Source: Callorhinchus milii
Lineage: Eukaryota
Length of the DNA stretch: 64,000 nucleotides
NCBI RefSeq assembly: GCF_018977255.1
Contig: NW_024704743.1
Location: forward strand, 91,328,001-91,392,000
Direction: 5' to 3'
This document shows positions 36,959 to 49,570 of the stretch, piece after piece. Numbering within the stretch: the first letter of the stretch is position 1; each line of letters starts with the position of its first letter. A program made the position numbers and the translations under genes. The notes below the pieces were generated by a model, which saw only the letters and a program-made list of their open reading frames with translations, was not told the origin of the DNA and did no database searches.

Positions 36959-38339
36959 AAAATCCTTGCTTCAAAATAACAAATATGGGTGGCGTGGGGG
37001 GGGGGGGATGGGAGAAAACACATCAGTTAAATGCCGTGGTTTATTGTTAAACAATGTGATTGCCATTTGTGTCAGTCCTTATTTCACTGCAAGGTCACAA
37101 ATTTAACAAACCCTTACATATAGTCAACGTGCAGGGCTGGTTTTCGTTCTTTGTACCTTAAGTTACATTATTTTATGCTTTAATTCCAGTAATAAGGTAT
37201 GATACATGAACTTCTCTTCACATCCTTTTATTTTGTTCTCTGTCCTCAACAATACAAAAGTTCAGATTTAAAAATTGAGGGATTTGACCTGAGAGCTTTT
37301 GATCTGAGGAACAATGACGCAGTCATCACTATTGAAACATCTTATTTGCCTTTTGAAATGCCTGATGCCAATATAACACTCACTTGCAATGACCATAAAA
37401 TGATCTCAATATAGTTTTTAATACAACAAATGTTTATCAGCTAAACATTCATACATTTTATACACAAACGTATCGAAACTTAAATCACAGGAGGTGAAGG
37501 TGTCCACATCAGTGACTGTTAAACAGTTACAAGAATTTGTAAAGAAATGTTCAGTGATTTATTAGAAAAGCCAGTGGAAACACTTGCCTTCAGACAGAAC
37601 CTACACAGGAGCCAGTCACAGGTGAAAGCACTTTATATTCATGCAAATGCATACAGTATGAACTAAAATGTTGCAGGCCTTTTATATGAATCTTGGGAGC
37701 TCCATTTCTGAGGTAGATCTGGAGAAACTTAAAGGCAATGCTGAGAATAGACATCAATGGCAGCTCTGTTGTAAAGCAGTAAGAGCCAATTTTGTCTGTG
37801 CTCAAAAAAGGGTGACCCAGGGCTCCCCTGCAGTGAAGCTTGTCTGTGAACCCCATTCATTGAATCTTTGTTATTTCAAAATCCTTCTTTAACACAAGAA
37901 ATACTGCATTTTCTCGTTTGTTTTCCCTCATCTTTTTTCTGGCTTTAGGATTTCTCTTTCTCATTTATATTCTTGTCAATCATTTCTAACTTATTCCTTC
38001 GTTTAAAAAAATACAAACTTCTTTTTACTATTAGCATTATGTAAATTCAGTAAGATATTCTTTCCAATTTTTTACTGGCATAAATGATCTGCATTTACAA
38101 TAACAATAACAAATTGTATTTATATAGTGTGTTTCACGTCGGGAGGACGTATCAAAGTTCTGGAGAGTCAAGGGTTTGCACAAGTACTGCGGGCAGGAGG
38201 GGTCGAGGGGTGATGGGAAGATAATAATAATAATCCTTACATGTGATATAGTGCCTTATGAATAAAACAGCAAATGTGACTGAAAAGAGGCTGAACAAAC
38301 CCATTGCATAGCCGACAAACAACATGACAAACAACATGT

Positions 38340-38666
38340 GGAGTCCTGTAGCTCAGTGGTTAGAGCACTCGCTTTCCAAGCGAGAGACCTGAGTTCAATT
38401 CCAGGCAGGTCAGGGCGAAACCTTGGGCAAGTTTCCTTACTCCACACAGAGCCTAATAATAATCCCTCCAAATCCAAAAACAATAATAAATTGGTCATTT
38501 TCAATCTACGACTGTTTGTGGGACATTGCTGTGCGCAATTGGCTGCCGCGTTCGCCCACAAATATAGTCAATTCACTTTACAGTGTGTTCTGTGAAGCGC
38601 TTTGGGACGTCCTCCTGACGTGAAAAGCGCTATATCAAATGCAAGGATTATTATTATTATTATTAT
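38340..38666 (+). mobile_element. Young tRNA-derived SINE
   Basis: Near-identical to the copies at 3439-3763 and 5252-5558, including the CAGGTCAGGGCG diagnostic. Confidence 0.92.
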
Positions 38667-41112
38667 GACTTGGAAGATAATTTAGGTGCCCATGACCAAT
38701 TTATTAAATGTTTACTCTTAACTGTTAATAATAACCTGTGAAATTAATAGCTTATCCTACATTAATATTTCATTCCATTACTGAATGGTTAAAGTTTTAT
38801 GTGTTTGGGCTTCCAAAGCATTGCATGAAATTCATAATTACCATCAGAATGTTGTACACTATTAGAAAAGCAAATATCCCTTTATCAGTTGGAACTTTAT
38901 AATCCGAATTCTGCTTCTGAAACTAAGTGGATCGTTGCATCGTGACCAAGTGCTCTAATACGGAGAAGCCACAAAAATATAGCTGGTTTCTGTAATTTTC
39001 AGAAAGCATTAAAGAGTTACATATTAATTCTGGATTGAATCATGGGCTGCACAGAGATTCATAAAACGCATTATGGAAAATGCATAAAAGCTCGCCCTGA
39101 AAAGACATTGCCTATCAGCAAAAACTGACGCTGCATCTGTAGGGACCATATTCCATGAAACTTGAACAATAAAAATATCCACTTTAGGTTTGGGGCCTTT
39201 CCTATTTCTGAATGTAATCTTTGAACACAAATTAGCCAGAGATGCTTTTAGTTAATTATAAACTAAGCCCACAATGGTTTTCAGTCAGCAATGTGCTTTG
39301 AGTCGTCCTCCTGACATGAAAAGCGCTTCATAAATATAAACTACTTGTATTGTATATTGATATTTATTTACAATGTTTCAGAGGATTTTGCAATAAGATA
39401 CAGTATAACCCAGTTATGAGGCACCCCTTCGAACATTGGTTTGCCTATAAACTGTGTAGCCTGTGGGCCCCTGACAAGAGGAAATTAAGTTGTTTGTGAC
39501 CTGATAACCTGGAAGTTGGACAGCTTTTTGTGCGCATGCTCAGTGAATGTGGTAGTGCCGGACGATGGTTTCGCCTTGCTATGGGACAGGTTGGTATTTT
39601 ATGGATCCCTACTATTGTCTTATAATGGGGTTCTAATGCATTTATGAAACCATATGTCAAAGATTACTTTGCAACAACAACCTGCACTTTTACAGTGGCA
39701 TAAAGTGGGTGGGCGAATAGAACAGGAGGAGTTCACAGAGATAAGGTGGGGCGAAGGGTGGGGGCATTAGAATTCAGTCAGAATGAAGATCTTGAGTTGG
39801 ATTTGCTGGGAGCTGTGGAGCCTGGTGAGGATGGACATGCAGAGTTAAACAACAATTCTAGACATGCCGAAATTTTAACCTGGACAAAGTTCTAAGAATA
39901 TGGCCACTGGATTCTCTCACTATTCCTTATTAATGCAAGCACATAGTTTTAATTCACTGGCTAATTTAACATCATCTACATTTCTCATTCAATAAACAAA
40001 AGTGAAAATTAGGCTTGGTTTACCCATGATCATTCAGATCATGCAGTTAGTCTAACACATCTAACGTTGAGACCACATTACAACTTCGAACATCACTCAA
40101 CTGTGAATTCAAGGTTCGCTCATCAGTGAACATGCTGATATCAAAATAACTTTGTCCCATTACTATACGAGTATATTCGCTGTTCAGTTTCCTTGACAAA
40201 GACATGTTAAATTATCATAGGCTACATGTAAAAGAGGCACATGTACCATTGTCACATTTAAAATACCGAGAAAGTGGGGTTCAAAAAATGCTCCTCAGCA
40301 AAGCGCCAAAGTTATTTACATCTCACTGAGTAAATTGAGCCCAGAGCAACAACCCCCTAAGTGTCATGCACACTGACTCATCAACTGGAGAAATCTGGGT
40401 TGAAAGCCAAGGTCTCATGAGTTGACGTGCAGGGGTGGGGGATTCCCTGCTGAAGAGGCACTCTATATTGGCGCAGTATTTTCTTCAGCAGTAATGCTTT
40501 CCCCAGGAGTGCTTTTTCAACCCCACTACTGTTTTAAAAAATTCCTCCACGGTGATGGCATTTGAAACCCAACAAGCATACAAACTGGATAAAATTTAAA
40601 TTCCTCGAAGGTTTTATTCCTTCCAGTATATGGGTCTGATCACCCACAAAGATGAAACAACGCTCACGCAACGTGAATATCAGTATCAATATTTGTTACA
40701 TTGTCTTCAATTGTTGCTTAAGATGATAATTTCCTCTAGACATGAGGTCTTTCACTTCAACCAATCATCATGTCGCCTTCACACTTTCTGAGCTGCAAAA
40801 CAGCAAGGAAACAAAACATTTCATTTTATTGGGTGAAACATCTTATTAAGAGTTGAAATGTACAGAAATGGAACAATTTCAATAGAATCCTGGGGCTTGG
40901 GCTTAATGTGCCATAGAATCCATAGAATTTCATACAGAAAGCAGTACAACCCATTGGGTCTGTGCTGGCTCTTTGAAAGAGCAATCTATTCAGTCCCATT
41001 TTCATGTCTTTCCCCCTAAATCTCAGCAAATTACTTCTTTTTAGATATCTATCTATTTCACTCTTGAAAGCTAATTTGGATCGTGCCTTGATCATTTTAC
41101 CCAGCAAGGCAA

Positions 41113-41567
41113 CGGAGTCCTGTAGCTCAGTAGTTAGAGCACTCGCCTTGCAAGCGAGACACTTGGGTTCAATTCCAGGCAGGGCAAAACCTTGGGCAAG
41201 TTTCCTGACTCCACACGTCTAATAATAATCTCTCCAAAACAAAACAATAATAAATTGGTCATTTTCAATCCACGACTGTTTGTGGGACACTGCTGTGCAC
41301 AATTGGCTGCCAAGTTTCGCCCACAAATATACGGTCAATTCACTTTACAGTCTATTCTGTGAAGCGCTTTGAGACATCGAGAAGACGTGAAAAGCGTGAT
41401 ATCAAATGCAAGGATTATTACTATTATTATTATTAATTGGCTGCCGCATTTCGCCCACAAATATACGATCAATTCACTTTACAGTTTATTCTGTGAAGCG
41501 CTTTGTGACATCGAGAAGACATGAAAAGCACTATATCAAATGCAAGGATTATTATTATTATTATTAT
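41113..41567 (+). mobile_element. tRNA-Ala SINE with a tandemly duplicated 3' half
   Basis: A second AATTGGCTGCC...GGATTATT unit at 41435-41567. Confidence 0.9.
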
Positions 41568-41704
41568 TCACATCCTAACAACTGTCTCTCTCTCTCTCTC
41601 TATAAAACAATTCTCCTAATCTCCTCCTTTCACTGGTCAGTGAAGACTTATTTGTGGGCTGAATAGTATGTGGATTTCACCTTTCTTTGCCAGCTTCCCA
41701 TTTA

Positions 41705-42245
41705 ATTGCTTGTCGGCCTTCCCAACTCTTCCCTCCTCAAGCTGCAGATCAACCAGGACTCTGCAGCTCGTATTCTCTACCACACCAGGTTCGGTAACCC
41801 TATCACCCCCACCCTCGCCCGGCTCCACTGGCTCCCCATCCCTCAGAGGCTAGAGTTCAAAATCCTCGTCCTCACCTTCAAGGCTCTCTGTGGCCTTGCT
41901 CCTTCCTATCTATGGACCTGCTAACCTGTCCATTCCCTCTGCTCAGCTGGCTCCGGCCTGCTTCAAGTCCCCTGCCCGGCCCGCAACATCATCAACGGTC
42001 GGGCCTTCAGCATCTCTGCCCCCACCTTTTGGAACTCCATCCCCCCTACCCTTTGTCTTGCTCCCTCCCTTGCCTCCTTCAAAGGAAATCTAAAGATCTT
42101 CCTCTTCAATTGCACATTCGGCCACCCTCCTACCTCTACTCTGCCTGCCCTGATCTTAATGCTTGGGTCCAAATCACTGACTATCCAGTGCCTTGGGAGG
42201 TCCTCCTGACGTGAAAGGCATGTTACAAATGTAATTTGTTGTTGT
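41705..42245 (+). mobile_element. L2 3' fragment
   Basis: Encodes KLQINQDSAARIL...[37 protein letters not shown]. Confidence 0.88.
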
Positions 42246-42339
42246 GTTGTTGCTCATTATTTTTGTGATCAAGCTGTTTCTCTGTATTTTTGACTTCCAC
42301 AATTCTAATCGTGTTTCTTTCTTGATGCCAGACCTGCTA

Positions 42340-42620
42340 TCTGGCTCATCAGCAGTACTTGAGGGGCAGACACATCTCTGGGGCAGGAACTCTTCCCACT
42401 CAGCACCTGTTAGCTCTGCCAGCCAAAGCCCAAGACGGTAGGGTGGTTCCTTGCTGGATAAGCAATGGGAAGCTTACCAGACAATGCTTTAAATGGCAAG
42501 CTATTCAGGTTTAGTTGGTTAGACTTCAGCCGTAACCCAACACATGGTGCAGGGTCCCCAAGCGGTTACTCTTGCCAACCTGAACTTAGAAGTTAGTTTA
42601 GCACAGTGTTTTCCTCTGCA
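42340..42620 (-). repeat. Unclassified old interspersed repeat, copy 3
   Basis: The reverse complement aligns with 4830-5000. Confidence 0.65.
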
Positions 42621-43311
42621 GAGAGAGTATTTTTCCATTCCAGGCAAGGGAATGTCCATGTATAGGTGGGATTGGTTGAGGTATTATTCCCCTCTTGAAA
42701 CATTTATTCATAGTGGAACAAAACTGGTCTGAAAACAACCCTGTAATGCTTGTACTTCAGTCATGTCCTGTCATCTTCATTCTTCAAAGTATTCATGTAT
42801 TGGAATACAATGCTTTCTTTTGCTTTGCACTAGTACTCTTTAATGTTAATAACTTTCCCTATGGGATTGCAATATAAGCAACGATATTCCTTGTCACAAC
42901 ACGAGCATCTTTGATGAGCAGTCAGGACAAGCTAAGCTATGATTAAGTCAGTCATGTTCAGATTTAATTTACTAAAGTGAAAATCTCCTAGGGAATCTTT
43001 GAATGTTTGCCATGTAACACTGCATGGGGAAGGAGACTGATTGACTGCTCCTCAGTAAACAAGGAAACAGTAAACAATGATATAGTAATCTTAATTTAGT
43101 ATAATAAATTCTCCAGTCATGAGAGTCAGGGGAGCTGTATGTAAAAATATGCATAAAGTTAGTAAATGTACCGACAAACACATTTCAAAGACAATACTTT
43201 TGTAAGGTTTGTTTCCTGAATGGGAAAAAGAGAATTTGAATAGTGTGACTGGTGGGGGTGATGTAACACACATTGTGATGTTGTGGCAGCAAGCATACTG
43301 AATGAACAGAG

Positions 43312-43775
43312 TGCTATAGCGTGTTGGTTAGAGCACTCGCCTCGCAAATGAGAAGACCTGGGTTCGATTGCGGGTGAGACGTTGGGCAAGTTTCCTTACT
43401 CCACACGCCTGTTTACCTCGCAGTAAGTAGGAACCCGGTTGTTTGTCGATTGACGGATCGCTTTTCTGGGGGTAATAATCCCTTCAAAAAAATCAATAAT
43501 AAATTTTAAAAATAATTTGGTCACTCAATCCATTACTGTTTGTGGGACACTGCTGTGCGCAATTGACTGCCACGCTTCGCCCACAAAATATAAAGTCAAT
43601 TCACTTTACAGCATATTCTGTAAAGCGCTTTGAGACATCTAGAAGATGTGAAAAGCGCTATCTCAAATGCAAGGATTATTATTATTATTAAATTCTGTGA
43701 TGCACTTTGAGACATCTCGAAGATGTGAATCAGGCGTTATATCAAATGCAAAGCTTATTATTATAGGATTATTAT
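43312..43775 (+). mobile_element. tRNA-derived SINE (long variant) with an extra tail unit
   Basis: Complete copy to about 43690, followed by a second TTCTGTGA...CAAATGCAA tail. Confidence 0.88.
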
Positions 43776-44379
43776 AATGAATGTAGATGTGTATATTCCA
43801 ACTAATAAGGGAAATGTTCAAGACAGGTCTGAGGGAAAGGTGGCTGTGAATGAGTGGTTGAGAACAAGAGTAGGTAATTTTTTGGCTAACAGTGACTAAA
43901 AGGCAAAAACTTGTAAAGATTTGCATAGAAAGCTATAGTGAGCACAAGCTGGTTGAGGACAAAAGTGACCGAATCATAAGAGCTGATGAAGAACATAGGT
44001 GTAGGTCATGGTACAACGTGCAAATGCCACACTCTGTCTTGTCATGAACTACTGAGGCTTGTGGAATAGCTGTTTCATTATTACATTATTACACTCTGAA
44101 TTTTAGTGAATAGTTGATGGTAAAATCTTATATTGTTTGAGTGTGACTGGTGGGAGATTTATTATGATTGAACACCATAATATCACTAATAGCAGCTGAA
44201 AAATGTATTCTAGTGCTGCACTTGGACAGGATTGACCTCAGAACACAGTATCTAGTGGAGATTGATTCTGATGCCGTTCCACTTGCACCTGCTGTAGTCA
44301 AGGTACAGCCATTATTATAGTTTGAATTGTGAAGACTCATTAGCTCTGTGTTGTTTCTTTTCATCTTTCAAGATAATAA

Positions 44380-44645
44380 ACCAAGGTCTTGTCTGCCTGT
44401 TCAGGGGGAGTTAAAGATCCCATAACACAATTTGAAAATAGAAGACTGTCCCAGGGTCCAGGTCAACAATCCCCTCAGATGAAACTGGTCATTCACTTCA
44501 TGGCTGTCTGTAATCTTGCTGTGCAAAAAATAACTCTGGCGCTTGCCTACACAAAATAGTCGCTGCACATGATAGCAATTATTTGTGGAGTACTTTGGGG
44601 CATTCCGACACGGTAAATGTGCTATAAAAATGCAAATTCCTTCTT
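44380..44645 (+). mobile_element. DeuSINE-type SINE fragment
   Basis: Contains AAACCAAGGTCTTGTCTGCCTGTTCAGG...AAAGATCCCAT...CTTGCTGTGC...GCTATAAAAATGCAA. Confidence 0.6.
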
Positions 44646-46179
44646 CAGATTCTTTGAAGTTCACATAATCAAGACTATGATCTGATCAGTAATACCATCC
44701 TTGGAATGGTATTCCACATTCAGAAAAGCTAAGAAAAGTAATCAGACATAAGCTATTTTACTATTGAAATGCACCAATTATAACAGACTGTTAGAAACAT
44801 CAAATGATACATATACAATACATTAACTAGACAGTCCTCCATTTATGAGATATTGTCAACTGCAGCACTGAATGCAAAGATCTCCAGTGCAATCTAGTGT
44901 TAAACTGAAATTAATGTATCAGTCAGTAGTCTCCAAGCTTCAATAGCTGGAGTAACCATGTGCTGACATAGAATTCCTGCCAGTATTAGGTGAGAGATGG
45001 CCGTGCTGTGCACTGTCCACCTGAACTAGAAATTATGAGTTACATCAAGTAACACTAGCTCATTACATTTTCCACTCAGATTGTTCAGTTAATTAATATC
45101 TGAATTTCATGAAGTCGAATTTCTAGGAATTGGATTGTTCACGGTGGAGAGTAGATCATGAGTAAAAATCCATTTGCTTTCTTTGTTGCAGGAATGTGTC
45201 GGGCGTGGATTATTTGGCGTACAGAAAGCTCACGAATGGTGTCCTCCCAATTTTGGAGCACAGATATCAAAGGCTTGAAGTAACCTTAGGGTTTTAGCCT
45301 TCAGACATTGAATGGTCCTAAAATTGCATAATGCATAAGTTTGGAAAACCCAGCCTTAATTTGTGAAAGACAGCTTTGTTACAGGAACAACAGAAAAACT
45401 GGCTTTTAATTTACATTTCAATTTAAGAAATCTCCAAGGGTTTGCAGAATCTTAAATTTAAGGCAGTGGTCTTAATGCTCAGACCAGGCGAAATATTCAA
45501 GGCTGAAGTGCCATATTTTGTCTTCCCATTTCCTGAGACTCATAAAGTGGTGCAGCTAATGCAGAGGAGTAGTTGCAGCACTGATGCACAGCACTGATGC
45601 AGAATTTGAGGCTGCACTGATGGCATGACAAGAAACGCTTAGTTGTCATTCTGAACTGCAAAGAACACAACTCTGAGAAACAACAGTTTAAGAGAGTCAA
45701 TAAAAAAGCCTCTCAGATGCTCCCAATGGCACTCGTGTGGCTTCTTAATGAGAATAATACAATTGTGCTGCCAGCAAGGAAGGCATCTTATTTGTATTGT
45801 GCCATGTGAAGCCATTTGTTGCTTGACAGCCACAACAAAATCCATGCACACTGATATTAAAAAGTGATAGAAATCACAGGACTGTTTTCAGACATATTTA
45901 TGTGATAGCGTGAACTGATGTTTTGTACCAGTGAATGCCAGATTGCTTGTTTGACCAATGGTGCACAGAAAAGTACAGTGCATGTATACTTTATTCTGGG
46001 ATTAGTTAACACATAACTCAGATGCCTGGTATGCAATCTTCACCTGTATTAAAAATCTTTAAAACCATAATTGCCGCTACACAGTATCCCAGGTCCCATA
46101 GCACCAGTTAATTGCATTTTTCGATCAGATCTTTCAGCTCATGGACAAATTTCATCAAATCAGTTTTCTGAAATCAGTG

Positions 46180-46360
46180 TCTCCTTCAAGACCCATCTCA
46201 AGACTCTACTCTTTGACTGTGCTTTTGATCTCCCTGCTTCCCCCCCTGCCCTCCATCCTCCCCGATCCCGACCCCCAGCTCGGGTCCGAAAGTCTGTTTG
46301 TCCAGCTTCTTGGGACATCCTCCCGACATGAAAGGCGCTATACAAATGTAATTTTCTTGT
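46180..46360 (+). mobile_element. L2 tail fragment
   Basis: SFKTHLKTLLFDCAF followed by the conserved 3' stem-loop tail. Confidence 0.8.
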
Positions 46361-46921
46361 TTTTTCTGTGAAATGTTTGAGGTGACTAGGTTGACAGACG
46401 ACACCAACACAGGGCCAACTGTTTCCCTTGTTTGTGTTGCTATAAAAGCCACATTTCTTCGAGCTTGTTCCACTGGTTTATTAGATCTTCGAAGATCATT
46501 TAATCCCAATGTTCTGTCATTTCACCATACTCCTTAATACCTCTACCACCCAAGTAACTCTACCTTTCTTCTAAACCTCCCTATTGATTCCATATCTACA
46601 GCTTTCTGGGGTAGAACATGGCACGGCTTCACAAAAGCTTTATCTTCCCAAAGCTGATTAATCACCTGCAAATTACCAGCATAGCTTTCTTTCACTGCTC
46701 CTTTTTCTTCTCCGCTCCTCCAAATTTCTCAATCTGTTCACACTGTATCATAGCTGAGGATTTCCTAAACAAATGACTGGTTTCACTGAAAATGAGTGTA
46801 AAGTATTTGAGTCACTCCTTGCACAGTATGTGTAGTGTGAGTCACTTTCTGGTACAATCAGTTTTCAGTGTAAATTCTTCCCTGTACAGTGAGAACATAC
46901 AGGGTATTGTCTATTTTGGAA

Positions 46922-47130
46922 ATAATAACAATAATTCTTGCATTTCATATAGTGCCCTATCATGTCTTCGAAATGTCTCAAAGCGCTTTGCAGAATATAC
47001 GGTAAAGTGAATTGACTGTATATTTTGTGGGCGAAATGCAGCAGCTAATTGCGCACAGCAGCGTCCAACAAACAGTCATGGATGGAGGGACCACATTTTT
47101 ATTTTAAAAAATGTTTTTGAAGGGATTGTT
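46922..47130 (-). mobile_element. SINE 3' part
   Basis: Reverse-complement body and tail. Confidence 0.8.
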
Positions 47131-47538
47131 ACAACAACAACTTGTTACAACAATAAACTTATATAGTGCCCTCCATGCAGGGTAGTGTCTCAGAGCGTTT
47201 AACAGTGGCGGAGCCTGACTCCAAGTCGGAGGGAGGTGGCTGTAAGCACGGTCGAAGAGGAAGGTTTTCAGGCAAGACTTGAAAAAGGGGAGAGAGGGGG
47301 CAAGGCAGAAGGATTGAGGGAGAGTGTTCCAGAGTTTTTGGGGCATAGTGGCTGAAAGCACGACCTCTGATGGTAGGGCAGAGGGTGCGAGGGGTGAGCA
47401 GGTGCCAGTCGAGTGGAGGTGCCGGGTGGTGGATTGGGGAGTGAGGAGGTCGGAGAGGAAGAGAAGTGCCAGAGAGTGAGGGGATTTGAACATGAGTGTG
47501 AGGATCTTGATCTGTTCAGTGATGGGGAGCCAGTGGAG
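47131..47538 (-). mobile_element. L2 3' fragment
   Basis: Encodes LHWLPITEQIKILTLMFK...KLWNTLPQ...[14 protein letters not shown]. Confidence 0.85.
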
Positions 47539-47797
47539 CTTCATTGGACACAGAGGTGGTGCCAGAAGACTGGAGAGTGGCCAATGTTACTCCCCTGTAC
47601 AAAAAGGGACAGAAGGACAAACCTGGGAACTACAGGCCAGTCAGTCTAACATCATGAGTGGGGAAACTCCTGGAGACTATAATCCGGGACAGAATAAATC
47701 TTCACTTAGAAGAATATGGGTTAATTAGGGACAGCCAACATGGATTTGTTAAAGGCAAATCTTGTCTAACAAATCTAATAGAATTTTTTGATGAGGT

Positions 47798-48407
47798 AAC
47801 AACAACAAGATTCAACAAGATTCCATTTATAAAGCGCCTTTCACGTCAGGAGGACGTCCCAAGGCGCTGCACAGTTGGGTCAGGACCCGAGCATTGGGGA
47901 AATGGTCAGGGTGAGGGGAGGGAAGGGAGGGAGCGAGGAGGGGGTAGAGAGTCGAGAGGGGAGCTGAAGGCTCGGTCAAAGAGAAAGGTTTTGAGACCGG
48001 CCTTGAAGGAGGAGAGGGAGGAAGCAAAGCGAAGGCACTGGGGGATGGAGTTCCAGAGCCTCGGGGCTGAGAGGCTGAAGGCCCGACCACCGATGGTAGG
48101 GCGATTGGGGCGGGGGACGTGGAGCAGACCGGAGCCGGAGGAACGGAGGATACGGGCAGGTAGGTAGGGGGATAGTAGGTCAGAGAGGTAGGAGGGAGCG
48201 AGGCCGTGGATGGCCTTATAGGTGAGGATGAGGATCTTGAAATCAATCCTCTGGGGGATGGGGAGCCAGTGGAGGCGAGCGAGGGTGGGTGTGATGTGGT
48301 CCCGAAGCCTGGTGCGGGACAGTACACGAGCTGCAGAGTTCTGAATGACCTGCAGCTTGTGGAGGGAGGTGGCGGGAAGGCCGGCGAGGAGAGAGTTCCC
48401 ATAGTCA
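47798..48407 (-). mobile_element. Young 5'-truncated L2 copy
   Basis: Almost identical to 20688-21339 of the long L2 and keeps the intact C-terminus ...[15 protein letters not shown]. Confidence 0.93.
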
Positions 48408-48923
48408 GGAGAGGGCTGATAAAGGTAGTACAGTTGATGTAATTTATATGGACTTTCAAAAGGCATTTGACAAAGTGCCACATGAAAGACTAGTGAGAAA
48501 GATAGAAGCCCATGGTATAAAAGGGAGAGTGGCAGCATGGATCCAGAACTGGTTGGGAGACAGAAAGCAGAGAGTTGTGGTGAACGGCTGCTTTTCTGAC
48601 TGGAGGTAAGTGTACAGTGGTGTCCCCCTGGGATCGGTATTAGGATCACTGCTCTTCTTAATATACATAAATGATCTGGACTTGGGATAAATAAAAATAA
48701 AACATCCCTGTGTTATCATAGAATCATAGAATCGTACAGCACCATTTCCAAGTGTGCGGACGACACAAAGTTAGGTAGGGTGATAAACAGTGAGAAGGAT
48801 AGAGGCCAACTGCAGGAAGACATAGATAGAATGGTAAAATGGGTAGACATATGGCAGATGAATTTCAATGTGGAGAAATGCGAGGTAATGCATTGTGGTA
48901 GAAAGAATGAGGGGAGGCAATAT

Positions 48924-49570
48924 ACAACAACAACAAGATTTCATTTATAGAGTGTCTTTCACGTCGGGAGGACATCCCAAGGCGCTGGACAGTTGGGTCG
49001 GGACCCAAGCAGGGGACAAATGGTCAGGGTGAGGGGAGGGAAGGGAGGGAGTGAGGAGGGGATAGAGAATCGAGAGGAGAGCTGAAGGCACGGTCGAAGA
49101 GAAAGGTCTTGAGACCGGCAAAGGGAGGAAGCAAGGCGAAGGCACTGGAGTTAGAGTTCCAGAGCCTAGGGCCTGAGAGGCTGAAAGCCCAGCCACCGAT
49201 GGTAGGGCGGTTAGGGCGGGAGATGTGTAGCAGTCCGGAGCCAGAGGAACGGAGGGTACGGGCAGGTAAGTAGGGGGATAGTAGGTCGGAGAGGTAGGAG
49301 GGAGCAAGGCCGTGAATGGCCTTGTAGGTCAGGATGAGGATCTTGAATTCGATCCTCTGGGGGATGGGGAGCCAGTGGAGGCGAGCGAGGGTGGGAGTGC
49401 GGGACAGTACACGAGCTGCAGAGTTCTGAATGACCTGCAGCTTGTGGAGGGAGGTGCCGGGAAGGCCGATGAGGAGAGAGTTCCCATAGTCCAGTCTTGA
49501 GGTGATAAACGCGTGGACCGGAGTTTCAGCAGCGTGAGGGGTGAGGTAGTGCCGTAGTCTGGCGATATTG
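48924..49570 (-). mobile_element. 5'-truncated L2 copy with an internal deletion
   Basis: Homologous to the 3' end of the long L2, with a (CAA)n tail at 48924. Confidence 0.9.

Noticed and set aside
44128..44364. 78-aa minus-strand ORF (MKRNNTELMSLH...)
   Set aside because: No recognisable family, weak splice signals and no partner exons found.
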